Source of the DNA: an uncultured Candidatus Saccharibacteria bacterium
GTDB taxonomy: Bacteria > Patescibacteriota > Minisyncoccia > Phycocordibacterales > UBA1550
Length of the DNA stretch: 50,930 nt
Assembly: GCA_964642305.1 (NCBI GenBank)
Contig: CAZXOE010000001.1
Coordinates: 1 to 50,930 of the forward strand
Direction: 5' to 3'
Position numbers and translations under genes: made by a program. The notes beneath the pieces are model-generated. The model had not been told where the DNA came from and searched no databases. It saw only the letters and a list, made by a program, of their open reading frames with translations. Of the stretch, positions 23,353 through 32,524 are shown in pieces. Position 1 is the stretch's first letter. Each line of letters opens with the position of its first letter.

Positions 23353-25098
23353 CTAGTTACTAAAATACTCCGGTGTATTCTCATTCATCCAATCAAGCAT
23401 CTGGCGCATTACATACACACCTCCAATAGTACTACCGTGTGGTCCACGTTCCATTACTACAGTAAACGCATACTTGGGCTTATCGTAAGGGAAAAAGCCA
23501 ACAACCCACGAGTTTATATATTTTTTCCCTGCGTCTATTTCCGCTGTGCCAGTCTTTCCTGCAACATCCACGTACCAGACACCAAGCCCAGATACCGTAC
23601 CATCGGTTACAGCCTGTCGCATTCCCTCGCGCGCTATTTGGAAATACTCTGAAGATAGCGGAATTTTTGACGATGAAAATTCCCTTATTGGCTCCTTCAA
23701 AATATGTGGGGTCACTAAGGTACCATTATTTGCGATACTGGCTATTCCACGAAGAGCCTGAAGGATTGTTGTTTGAAAGCCATATTGCCCAATAACAGTG
23801 TGGTACGTATTTCCTAGTCGCCATTCTTCACCATCAAACATTTTTTTCTTCCATGCAGGGCTAGGAATTGTCCCATTTTTTTCATCAGTAATATCTATAC
23901 CAGTTAGCTCTCCGAAACCGAATAGTCGCGCGTATTTTTCTATATTTGCGATTCCGATCCCCTTTTGATCCTCAAAACCACCTCCAATGGCATAAAAATA
24001 AACGTCAGAGGAAACTGCGATTGCTCGCCTCATATCTACCCAACCATGAGCCTTCCAGTCGTTGAACACAGACCATATGTCAGGATAATATGGATTCTGA
24101 ATTGAAATAGATCCTGTACTCAATATTTTCTTTTCTGGTGTGATGACGCCTTCGGCAAGCGCCGCTATTGCCATAAAAGGTTTTATAATTGACCCTGGAG
24201 TATAAACTCCTGAAACAGCGCGGTCTAGAAATACTGAGCGCTTGTCAAGATTATATCCTTGAATAATTTTTTTATTTTGTCCCTCCGACAAAACAGCGCT
24301 TTCGTACTCTGGATAGCTCGTCATCGCGAGGATCTCGCCTGTTTCAACATCCATAATGGCGCCAGCTCCAGCCATATAGCCGAAATTGTTTGCTGTGTCG
24401 CGAATTATCGCATGAAATTTTTCTTGAATACGAGAATCAATTCCTAATGTCAACGCTGTCCCACTTGTTGGATTTTCAACAATACTTCCTTCTTTTGTGT
24501 TACCAAGCGCGTCTGTTTCAATAATCTGAAGTCCATTTTCTCCAGAAAGAATTTCATTATAATATTCCTCAAGTCCGTCCTTGCCGATAAAATCCTTCTG
24601 ATAAAAATGACCTTTTTTATCTCTTTTTGGGTAGCTCACATAACCTAAAATATGACCGAAGCCCGGCGACAATACGTAAGAACGATGAGGGAACGGCATC
24701 TCCTCTGTTGTCGTGCTAGTGTCTGTAGAAATAAGCGCGATTCGTGTCGCTTCATTATCAAATGAATTCCACGCCAACGGAACCTTATTACGGTCATAAA
24801 TAATACCCCTCATTGCAAAAATAGGAATATGATCAAGGCGGTTATTTTCGCTTTTTCTTAAATACTCCTCGCCATTAACAATTTGTAGTGTTGTTATCTT
24901 AATAAGAAAAATGAACAAAATAATGATAAACGAAAAAAATACCCCCCATATTGCAATGTGATTTATTGGCTTTTCAATGCGTCCTTCAAACTGATCCTTA
25001 TTAAATCCGGGAAGATTTTTGGAGTCAAGAAAAATTGCGTCAGGGTCAAACGAATGTGAATAATCCTTAAAAAATTTCGTTGTTTTTCTTTTTGACAT
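23353..25098 (-). CDS. mrdA: Penicillin-binding protein 2 (elongation transpeptidase)
   Basis: N-terminal TM, SxxK (PGSIIKPF) and KTG (AGKTGTAE). Lies downstream of mreBCD. Confidence 0.9.
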   Translation of the reverse strand: MSKRKTTKFFKDYSHSFDPDAIFLDSKNLPGFNKDQFEGRIEKPINHIAIWGVFFSFIIILFIFLIKITTLQIVNGEEYLRKSENNRLDHIPIFAMRGIIYDRNKVPLAWNSFDNEATRIALISTDTSTTTEEMPFPHRSYVLSPGFGHILGYVSYPKRDKKGHFYQKDFIGKDGLEEYYNEILSGENGLQIIETDALGNTKEGSIVENPTSGTALTLGIDSRIQEKFHAIIRDTANNFGYMAGAGAIMDVETGEILAMTSYPEYESAVLSEGQNKKIIQGYNLDKRSVFLDRAVSGVYTPGSIIKPFMAIAALAEGVITPEKKILSTGSISIQNPYYPDIWSVFNDWKAHGWVDMRRAIAVSSDVYFYAIGGGFEDQKGIGIANIEKYARLFGFGELTGIDITDEKNGTIPSPAWKKKMFDGEEWRLGNTYHTVIGQYGFQTTILQALRGIASIANNGTLVTPHILKEPIREFSSSKIPLSSEYFQIAREGMRQAVTDGTVSGLGVWYVDVAGKTGTAEIDAGKKYINSWVVGFFPYDKPKYAFTVVMERGPHGSTIGGVYVMRQMLDWMNENTPEYFSN

Positions 25099-25153
25099 GG
25101 TTAATATTGCTTCTCAACAATCAAGTAGCGCAATAAATTGAATTGCGATATGC

Positions 25154-25435
25154 CTATCTTATCACTCTTCGCGCAAACGTGGCGATACCAAATATAGCTA
25201 TTGCGCCAAGAATACCGTAGGCTCCACCAAAAGGAAACGCGTTTGATCCATATAGAACATCTAACAAAATTCCAAAAATAAAAATTTCTAAATATGGAGG
25301 CCACAAAAATGCTCCGATTAACGCAAGCACTGCAATAACCCACCATGGAATATAAAAAACTGCTATAAAAAGTATTATGTCGAAAATTATTCTTATCTTA
25401 AATACATTAAAATTTTTTTTATCAAGATTAAACAT
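25154..25435 (-). CDS. mreD: Small polytopic membrane protein in the MreD position
   Basis: Hydrophobic ~93 aa between mreC and mrdA. ATG 25435 is preferred over the GTG at 25450. Assignment is mainly positional. Confidence 0.5.
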   Translation of the reverse strand: MFNLDKKNFNVFKIRIIFDIILFIAVFYIPWWVIAVLALIGAFLWPPYLEIFIFGILLDVLYGSNAFPFGGAYGILGAIAIFGIATFARRVIR

Positions 25436-25461
25436 AGTTTTTATGCGCACATATTATAAAT

Positions 25462-26322
25462 TTATAATTGTTTGCCTAAAATTACCTCTACATTCCGTAT
25501 TTCAGTAATATTAAATGGTAATCGAAAAAAAATCCTTTTGATTGGCTCTTCTGGTTTTTCCTCTATCAATAAAACAGTGCCCAAAATAAGGTTATTCTTT
25601 GCTGTTAGTACAGTGTCGTAAGCGGACACAGCGCTATTCTGTGGAACCCTTGCTTCAAAATTACCCATACCACGACCAATCGCAACCGCTGGGATATTAT
25701 ATGAACCAACAATAACTCTGTGTTCTTCCCCTGGTGATGAGTATAGTTTTATTTTTGCTGTATAAGAAGTAGTTTCGACAATCTCCCCAATAACCCCAGA
25801 GCCAGAATACACAACCGTATTGCCAACAAAAACTCCTTCCTTCTCTCCTGCATCTATGACGATAGTGTCATACGGCGAACGGTCTGCACCAACTAAAACA
25901 TTGGCAAAGAGTCTATCATCATCACGTGAACGCCCAAGAGACTCCTCTAACTTAATTATTTTTTCTGCTAGCAAATTTCTATCTAAAACTTTTGCTTCCA
26001 TTACAGAAATATCATCATTAAGTTTTTCATTTTCTTTTACAAGAGTGTTCTTATCCTTAAAACTTGCAAAAAATGTTCCGACCACGCTTTCTGTCTTGTT
26101 GCCTGCTTCCCACATAAACAAAGAAAATGGATAAACTGCATTTGTGATTACTGAACGAAGTGGAGCATAAAAAAGAACAAGAACGCTTATGGCAAACAGA
26201 AAGCCTATGGCCAAGCCACGTGTCCAGACACGGCTCTGGTGACCCGCCAGCTGATTCGTAAGCGCAATGTTCTTTTTTCCTATAGTTTGTTTATCTTGGC
26301 GGAGTGTCATTTTCGTGCTCAA
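25462..26322 (-). CDS. mreC: Rod shape-determining protein MreC
   Basis: N-terminal TM, coiled coil (LVKENEKLNDDISVMEAKV), beta-barrel C-domain (GVIGEIVE...). Lies downstream of mreB. Confidence 0.8.
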   Translation of the reverse strand: MSTKMTLRQDKQTIGKKNIALTNQLAGHQSRVWTRGLAIGFLFAISVLVLFYAPLRSVITNAVYPFSLFMWEAGNKTESVVGTFFASFKDKNTLVKENEKLNDDISVMEAKVLDRNLLAEKIIKLEESLGRSRDDDRLFANVLVGADRSPYDTIVIDAGEKEGVFVGNTVVYSGSGVIGEIVETTSYTAKIKLYSSPGEEHRVIVGSYNIPAVAIGRGMGNFEARVPQNSAVSAYDTVLTAKNNLILGTVLLIEEKPEEPIKRIFFRLPFNITEIRNVEVILGKQL

Positions 26323-27340
26323 TTAAGACATCTCGAAAACCCTCCATATCTTCTAAAATCATTCCTGCTCCACGAGCCACAGCGGTCAGTGGGTCATTTG
26401 CAATATAAACAGGAACATGAAGAGTCTGTGAAAGAAGTTCATCTAAACCACGAATAAGGGCCCCTCCTCCAACCAAAATAATTCCACGACTCATCACGTC
26501 TGAAAGAACTTCAGGCGGGGTAGTTTCAATTACCTCTTTTACTGCATCAACAAGACCTGCTATTGACCCGCTCATCGCCTCTCGGATATCTGTGTCAGTT
26601 ACTATCACCTCGCGCGGAAGCCCTGTTACTAAGTCTCGTCCACGAATTACCGCCTCCATTTGCTCCTTGCACTTCTTTACTGAACCAATAGCAATCTTTA
26701 CACTTTCTGCAGTTCTCTCTCCGATTAGCACTCGAAATTCATCCCGCACGTAATTTATGATGTCGTTGTTTAGACGATCGCCAGCGATATGCAGGTTTTT
26801 TGAACACACGATACCTCCAAGCGAAATGACAGCAATGTCTGTTGTTCCACCACCGATATCAACAATCATATTGCCAACAGGTTCCTTTACTGGGAGCTTG
26901 ATACCTATTGCTGATGCCATAGGCTCCTCAACAATATGCACCTCGCGAGCACCAGCATTTTTTGCCGCGTCGTACACAGCGCGCACCTCTACAGTCGTAA
27001 TACCAGATGGCACGCCGATAACCACGCGAGGACGAACTGTTTTCTTGCTAACCTTGTTCGCTTTGCTAATAAGATAAGAAAGCATTTCCTCCGTTACCTC
27101 AAAATTTGAAATTACCCCATCTACAAGTGGACGAATCGCAACCACATGCCCAGGTGTGCGACCGAGCATTTGCTTCGCCTGCTGACCAAGAGCGACAATT
27201 TGCCCAGTCTTCTGGTTCACAGCAACAACTGAAGGCTCGTTGATAACGATGCCGTGATCGCGCAAATAAACAAGCGTGTTGGCAGTGCCGAGATCAATAC
27301 CGATGTCATTAGAAAAAAGTTGGTAAAATTTATCAAACAT
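26291..27340 (-). CDS. mreB: Rod shape-determining actin homologue MreB
   Basis: IGIDLGTANTLVY, DIGGGTTDIAVISLGG, GGGALIRGLD. Confidence 0.95.
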   Translation of the reverse strand: MFDKFYQLFSNDIGIDLGTANTLVYLRDHGIVINEPSVVAVNQKTGQIVALGQQAKQMLGRTPGHVVAIRPLVDGVISNFEVTEEMLSYLISKANKVSKKTVRPRVVIGVPSGITTVEVRAVYDAAKNAGAREVHIVEEPMASAIGIKLPVKEPVGNMIVDIGGGTTDIAVISLGGIVCSKNLHIAGDRLNNDIINYVRDEFRVLIGERTAESVKIAIGSVKKCKEQMEAVIRGRDLVTGLPREVIVTDTDIREAMSGSIAGLVDAVKEVIETTPPEVLSDVMSRGIILVGGGALIRGLDELLSQTLHVPVYIANDPLTAVARGAGMILEDMEGFRDVLIEHENDTPPR

Positions 27341-27351
27341 ATAATTAACAA

Positions 27352-28623
27352 TTATTCATCAAGCCCTACCACGAAACACCCACCGGCAATTTTAAAAATC
27401 TCTGCTCTCTCTACCTTTTGCGTCTCTCCTGTCGCTCTCGTTACAACCTCAAGTTTATTTTCTTGAAGAGTCTTCTTTGACACCACAACTCGGAGAGGAA
27501 TGCCGATAAGATCCGCCTCAGCAAACTTCTCACCCGCGCGTAGATCTCTGTCGTCCCAAAGAACCTCAACACTGCATGCGTTAAGCTCTGTATAAAGCGC
27601 CTTTGCATATTTTGAAACCTCCTCGTCACCAGATGACAAATCCACAATATGAACAGTAAATGGAGCAATAGATTCCGGCCAAACGAGCCCCTTATCATCG
27701 CCAAGCACCTCCACAACTGTACCCAAAACGCGCCCGAGCCCAATACCATAACACCCCATTACAACAGTCTGATCCTTCCCTTCCTCGTCTTTGTAGGAAA
27801 GATGAAACGGCGCTGAGTACTTTGTTTTGAGCTCAAAAATGTTTCCTACTTCTACTGACGTTTCTGTTCGCAAATTCTTTCCGCCACACTGAGGACAAGC
27901 ATTATTCATTTCTTCTATAATCTCGTCATTTATCGCGAGTTTACACTTGTCGCATACATAAATAGTATCCTCACCCGCGGAAGTAAGAGTTTGAAACTCA
28001 TGAGAATATTTTGAAAAACTTCCGCCAGACGCGAATGTTAGAAATGTTGTCGCTCCTATACCAACGCGTTCAAATACACGCGCGTATACGCCCTTCATCT
28101 TTTCATAATATGCCTTCATATCCTCTTCGTCGCGGTGGAACGAATACATATCCTTCATCATAAACTCGCGCCCGCGAAGAATGCCCGACTTCGCGCGGAG
28201 CTCCATACGAAACTTATTTTGAAATTGATACGCTGAAAACGGAAGGTCGCGATAAGAAGAAACAAATTGCCTCACGAGCGGAACGACGACCTCTTCGTGC
28301 GTAGGACCGAGCGCGTTTTCGCGACCAGATGTGTCGCTTACTTTGTATAGGTCATCCATTGTGTCCCAGCGCCCAGTCGCAAGCCAGTTTTCTTTTGGCT
28401 GAAGTGACGGCATAAAAATTTCTTGCCCGCCAGCATTATTCATTTCCTCACGAATAATGTTTTCAATTTTTTTGAGAACACGAAGACCGAGCGGGAGGTA
28501 TGTATAAACACCAGCTTGAAGCTTGTCCACGAACCCAGCGCGAATAAGGAGCTTGGCATTTTTTGCCACCTCATCTGCGGGAGCTTCCTTGCGTGTTTTT
28601 GTAAAGAGTTGAGACTGTCGCAT
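27352..28623 (-). CDS. proS: Proline--tRNA ligase (short form without large editing insertion; CxxC...CxxC insert)
   Basis: Class II motifs (FQNKFRMELRAKSGILRGREFMMKD, GCYGIGLGR) and an anticodon-binding C-domain. Confidence 0.9.
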   Translation of the reverse strand: MRQSQLFTKTRKEAPADEVAKNAKLLIRAGFVDKLQAGVYTYLPLGLRVLKKIENIIREEMNNAGGQEIFMPSLQPKENWLATGRWDTMDDLYKVSDTSGRENALGPTHEEVVVPLVRQFVSSYRDLPFSAYQFQNKFRMELRAKSGILRGREFMMKDMYSFHRDEEDMKAYYEKMKGVYARVFERVGIGATTFLTFASGGSFSKYSHEFQTLTSAGEDTIYVCDKCKLAINDEIIEEMNNACPQCGGKNLRTETSVEVGNIFELKTKYSAPFHLSYKDEEGKDQTVVMGCYGIGLGRVLGTVVEVLGDDKGLVWPESIAPFTVHIVDLSSGDEEVSKYAKALYTELNACSVEVLWDDRDLRAGEKFAEADLIGIPLRVVVSKKTLQENKLEVVTRATGETQKVERAEIFKIAGGCFVVGLDE

Positions 28624-28663
28624 ATATCTGTGTATATTACATTAAAAACTTTACAGTGCAAAA

Positions 28664-28696
28664 CTATTTGACTTTTTAGACTAAATATGCTATACT
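28664..28696 (+). promoter_or_regulatory. Promoter block copy 1: TTGACT-N17-TATACT within a 33-nt exact repeat
   Basis: ctatTTGACTttttagactaaatatgcTATACT, identical to 29537-29569. Confidence 0.65.
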
Positions 28697-28776
28697 TGTT
28701 TTAAACCTAGATTTAAAGGTTTGGTAGGCGAAGGCTCGATTTATAGTTTTTTGATATACGTCAAGGGAGAGCAAAA

Positions 28777-29418
28777 ATGAACCTGAATCAAAAACCAGCT
28801 GTTGCAGGTAACAACAATGTTGGCTTAGCGATTATGAAAGAATGCGCCAAAACAGGCCGTGCCATTATTAAACCCCCGAAGCGATCCTCACAACCGCAAA
28901 AGCCCGCGATAAAGACGGAAGTTGCCAAGCTTCGCTTGGAAAAATTTACGTTGAAACTCGAGGGCTTCTTCACGAAGTTCCTCGTTGCAACCGACATTGC
29001 AGGCAAGGTGCAGATTAACACGCCGTCTGGCGGAAACATGGGTTCCAAGAAACCAGCAGTTCCGGCGACAGCTCGCTACGAAATGGCAACTGTTGACCTA
29101 GCCAGTCTCATGGCGCGCGTTTCAGTAGACAGCATCTCCATCAACGTAAGCAGGCAGGACGATTCGGAGTTTCACACGATTTTTATCAACTGCACCGTTG
29201 GCAATGGGCCGGGCAGTGGCTTCAATAAGTGGGGTGAATCTGATGGTGGCGTGTACGAGAAACTGATCCGTCGGATTTGCGAAGACCGCATTTGGGGCGT
29301 TGCGACCCTTCGCGAAGTGACGAAGGGCGACAAAACCTTCCTGAACCTGAGCAAAGGAAAAACGACACTAACTGCAAAATCGATCATTCGTTTCGCGATC
29401 GACCAAGGCGGAAAGTAA
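28777..29418 (+). CDS. Hypothetical protein (213 aa), compositionally foreign
   Basis: SD gggagag upstream of the ATG and a terminator after the stop. GC-richer with a different codon style (CTG, GCG, CCG) from its neighbours. No family recognised. Confidence 0.6.
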   Translation: MNLNQKPAVAGNNNVGLAIMKECAKTGRAIIKPPKRSSQPQKPAIKTEVAKLRLEKFTLKLEGFFTKFLVATDIAGKVQINTPSGGNMGSKKPAVPATARYEMATVDLASLMARVSVDSISINVSRQDDSEFHTIFINCTVGNGPGSGFNKWGESDGGVYEKLIRRICEDRIWGVATLREVTKGDKTFLNLSKGKTTLTAKSIIRFAIDQGGK

Positions 29419-29438
29419 AAAATCGCGACATTCGCGTA

Positions 29439-29468
29439 GCGGGAACTTCGGTTCCCGCTTTTTATTTT
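29439..29468 (+). terminator. Rho-independent terminator
   Basis: gcgggaac-ttcg-gttcccgc followed by tttttatttt. Confidence 0.75.
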
Positions 29469-29470
29469 GC

Positions 29471-29518
29471 TCCACTCGTGATAATAACAAGCAATCGCTT
29501 GTTATTATCACGAGTGGA
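29471..29518. repeat. Perfect inverted repeat, 22-bp arms, 4-nt loop
   Basis: tccactcgtgataataacaagc-aatc-gcttgttattatcacgagtgga. Lies between terminator 1 and promoter copy 2. Confidence 0.9.
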
Positions 29519-29536
29519 AAGTTTGGGCCATTACGA

Positions 29537-29569
29537 CTATTTGACTTTTTAGACTAAATATGCTATACT
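29537..29569 (+). promoter_or_regulatory. Promoter block copy 2 (exact 33-nt repeat of 28664-28696)
   Basis: TTGACT at 29541-29546 and TATACT at 29564-29569. Confidence 0.65.
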
Positions 29570-29605
29570 CGAAAAAGGTTCAATTCACAATCAGAGGGAG
29601 AAGAT

Positions 29606-29875
29606 ATGCATAATTATTCGAATTCGTTTGTAAGAGAAAGTGTCCTTGCCGAAAGACTATGCGAGTCCCTGGACGAAGCCTTACCAAAAGCAGGGTCCAT
29701 GGAAAAAACCATTGTGGCGATGACAATCATCAACACAATCTCGAGCCTGCCTGCATCTAAAATTGCGGATTTTTACACCGCGATGCTGGAATTCAGCACT
29801 CTCACAAAACAAAGACAAGAGAATGTATTGTCCCAGCTCAAAGTAAAAATCACGGAACTCAAAATCGGCACGTAA
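29606..29875 (+). CDS. Hypothetical protein (89 aa)
   Basis: SD gagggag lies 6 nt upstream of the ATG, and the terminator is at 29889-29924. No family recognised. Confidence 0.55.
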   Translation: MHNYSNSFVRESVLAERLCESLDEALPKAGSMEKTIVAMTIINTISSLPASKIADFYTAMLEFSTLTKQRQENVLSQLKVKITELKIGT

Positions 29876-29888
29876 GGAAGAATGTACA

Positions 29889-29924
29889 CGGTGGACTCGC
29901 TCAGGCGCAGTCCACCGTTTTTTA
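29889..29924 (+). terminator. Rho-independent terminator
   Basis: cggtggact-cgctcaggcgc-agtccaccg followed by tttttt. Confidence 0.7.
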
Positions 29925-29941
29925 TACAAAATTATACATCT

Positions 29942-31030
29942 CTAGATCAACTTCATCACATCCTGGAATGTGATGAACACCATAAGCGCGATTAAGAGCA
30001 GAAAACCGATACCGTTTGCCATGTTTGCAACTTCTGGCTTAATTGGTGAACGCTTTATTACCTCAATAAGTAGAAAGAATAAACGCCCTCCGTCAAGAGC
30101 TGGGAACGGAAGAAGGTTGATAATCGCTAGATTAATAGAAATAATCGCAGTCAAGGAGACGAGATGTATGAAACCTAAGGTTGAAGCATCACTGACAATA
30201 CCAACGATACCAACTGGCCCAGCAATATCTTGAAAATCCGCCTGTCCTATGAATATATTTTTTAAAAAGTCCAAAATACCAACCGTCATTGTAACTGTGA
30301 TAGACGCTGTTGTGAAAAGCCCAACAAATAATGCCTCGTGAATAGGTAGTTTGAGTATCCCAACATTATCCATTGAAATACCTATTGCGCGACGTCCATC
30401 CACAAAACCCTCCGCACCCTCTACTACAACCGTTTCCTTTTCACCTCCCCTCAAATATGTGACCTCAATTTCCTCATGGTCTCCAATAAAGTTTTGTGTA
30501 GAAAATATTTTTGGTTCAGTTAAAACATCCTTTCCTGAAACAAGCTCCACTATTATGTCACCACCCTTGAGCCCAGCTTCCTCGGCAGGAGATAGCGGTA
30601 CTACCTGTGTGATTGTTAGACTTGGATTTTGTATACGTTCTCCATATTTAGAACCGTCCACAGAGTAAGGAAGCCCCACCATAAATCCAAAACTTATAAG
30701 GATCCAGGCAAAAATCATATTAAAAACTACTCCAGCGGAAATTATCCACGCTTGCGTAAATCGCGACTTGTGAGTAAGGCTACGCGATGAATCTTTTCCT
30801 TTCAATGACTCATTATCTGGATCTTCGCCAAAAATCTTCACGAACCCTCCTATTGGAAACGTGTTGAATGAATATGTTGTCTCACCAATTTTTTTCTTCC
30901 AAAGGCGAGGCGGAAAACCGATACCAAACTCATCAACACGAACACCAGAAGATTTTGCGGCAAGAAAATGCCCGAGCTCGTGAACGAGGATTAGGGCAGC
31001 GAGGATGACGATGAAGACAAGGATACTCAT
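29942..31030 (-). CDS. rseP: RIP metalloprotease RseP (site-2 protease, M50)
   Basis: HELGHF zinc motif, a PDZ domain, and NLLPFPALDGG. Confidence 0.92.
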   Translation of the reverse strand: MSILVFIVILAALILVHELGHFLAAKSSGVRVDEFGIGFPPRLWKKKIGETTYSFNTFPIGGFVKIFGEDPDNESLKGKDSSRSLTHKSRFTQAWIISAGVVFNMIFAWILISFGFMVGLPYSVDGSKYGERIQNPSLTITQVVPLSPAEEAGLKGGDIIVELVSGKDVLTEPKIFSTQNFIGDHEEIEVTYLRGGEKETVVVEGAEGFVDGRRAIGISMDNVGILKLPIHEALFVGLFTTASITVTMTVGILDFLKNIFIGQADFQDIAGPVGIVGIVSDASTLGFIHLVSLTAIISINLAIINLLPFPALDGGRLFFLLIEVIKRSPIKPEVANMANGIGFLLLIALMVFITFQDVMKLI

Positions 31031-31150
31031 AATTTTAAATGTTAAATTTCAAATTTCTAAATAAATCATAACTTCAAAATTATAAAATTTAAACAATGTT
31101 TAAAAATTAAAAATTTATCATTAGACATTAATCTTTTGCTATACAAAAGA
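31031..31150. repeat. AT-rich ~120-nt leader element, copy B (upstream of rseP)
   Basis: Collinear shared blocks with 22013-22149. Like copy A, it follows the upstream gene's terminator hairpin (aatcttttg-ctata-caaaagatt). Confidence 0.6.
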
Positions 31151-31705
31151 TTAATTACCCATAATCTCCTTCTCCTTCTTCTCTCCTATTGATTCCATGT
31201 TGTTGTTGGCCTCATCAACAAATTTTTGAAGATCTTCAAGGGCTCTTGTTTTCTCATCCTCGCTCATGTCGCCATCCTTTTCTGCTGAAATGATTTCATT
31301 CTTTGTCTGCTCGCGCACTCCTTTGAGCGTTACGCGCGCTGACTCCACTTTGTCACGCACAATTTTTGTAAAAGAAACACGACGCTCTGTGGTAAGCGGT
31401 GGGAAAAATATGCGGAGCCCTGTCTCGTCTGTAGAAACAGAGATGCCGAGATTTGCGTCATTGATAGCTTTTTCAATTGCCTTACCGTTTGTTTTGTCGT
31501 ACGGAACGATACGAAGAGTGCGGGCATCCTCGCTGGAAACACTTGCTACGTGCTGTATCGCAAGATAAGAGCCGTAGGATTCTATAGTAATGCCATCAAG
31601 TATTGAGGTTGATGCGCGCCCGGTGTGAATAGCTGAAAGCTCCTTCGCCAAATGCTCCGCAAGGTCGCCTGCTTTCTTTTTAAATTCTGAAAAATCGTAT
31701 GTCAT
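31151..31705 (-). CDS. frr: Ribosome recycling factor
   Basis: RRF pattern (RTLRIVPYD, PPLTTERR, coiled C-terminal helix). Confidence 0.93.
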   Translation of the reverse strand: MTYDFSEFKKKAGDLAEHLAKELSAIHTGRASTSILDGITIESYGSYLAIQHVASVSSEDARTLRIVPYDKTNGKAIEKAINDANLGISVSTDETGLRIFFPPLTTERRVSFTKIVRDKVESARVTLKGVREQTKNEIISAEKDGDMSEDEKTRALEDLQKFVDEANNNMESIGEKKEKEIMGN

Positions 31706-31734
31706 ATAATGAGAATAGTAGCAGAAAATACCCC

Positions 31735-32442
31735 CTAATTCAATGCGGGAGCATTTATCGCAATATGCTCCAAAAGCATTTTGGGTGAAGATCCGGGATT
31801 TGAGAGGTACGTTTTTGCTTGGAAAATTTCACGGAAGATGTTGGAAGTAGCGTCGTCTCGTTTGCCTGCCGTGCGGGTATATAAAATACGTTCAATGTGG
31901 TCAAGCATTCTGCGAAAAAGCTCACGATCCACAGTCTCCCCTGCCTTCTTTTCTGCCATTTTTTTTGCCAGCGCGAAACGGCCTTCTAGGGTTGCATCTA
32001 AAAACTTTTCCGCGAGCTCCTTGGTTTCATCTGTCTTTACTACATTTGGAGACACCACGAGAACTCTTGAGAGGAGCGTCTGCAAAAGCATTTCTCTGCG
32101 TGGAAGAATAATAAAAAAATGCGTTCCAGTAGTTGGCTCTTCAAAAGTTTTCAGGAGCGCATTTTGAGCCTGGTGTGTAAATGACTCCGCACCTATAATA
32201 AAAATCTTTTTTGAGCCACCAAATCCCGCTACCTTTTCAGCAGACTTAAGCTCTCGCGCTTCATCAATGCCAAGCGATTCATAAAACCTTTCCACAAAAT
32301 CTGGATTTCCTTTAGTTTCAATATTTAAATGTTTTGCGATAGCCTCAACAAGTGCCGGCGCAACAACCTCATACACCCCCTCAATAATATGAGCATGATG
32401 GAGATACCCCGTTTTCTTGTAGTGTTCGAAAATGTTTTGCAT
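31735..32442 (-). CDS. holB: DNA polymerase III delta' subunit-like clamp-loader protein (short)
   Basis: LHHAHIIEG, IIGAESFTHQAQNALLKTFEEPT, LLSRV. Confidence 0.7.
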   Translation of the reverse strand: MQNIFEHYKKTGYLHHAHIIEGVYEVVAPALVEAIAKHLNIETKGNPDFVERFYESLGIDEARELKSAEKVAGFGGSKKIFIIGAESFTHQAQNALLKTFEEPTTGTHFFIILPRREMLLQTLLSRVLVVSPNVVKTDETKELAEKFLDATLEGRFALAKKMAEKKAGETVDRELFRRMLDHIERILYTRTAGKRDDATSNIFREIFQAKTYLSNPGSSPKMLLEHIAINAPALN

Positions 32443-32467
32443 CCGCTTTATAAACTTTAAAACTTTC

Positions 32468-32496
32468 GACTTTATGACTTTATGACTTTATGACTT
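32468..32496. repeat. Tandem octamer (gactttat) x3.6
   Basis: gactttatgactttatgactttatgactt, between the terminator of the second mreB and the holB start. Confidence 0.8.
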
Positions 32497-32524
32497 GAGC
32501 CAAAAAAGAATTACGTACTCGTAA

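Noticed and set aside
25101-25346. 81-aa ORF overlapping the mreD-position gene in another frame.
   Set aside because: The 25154-25435 frame gives a coherent polytopic membrane protein in the expected mreC-mreD-mrdA order. The other frame is Cys/Trp/Arg-rich with no signals.
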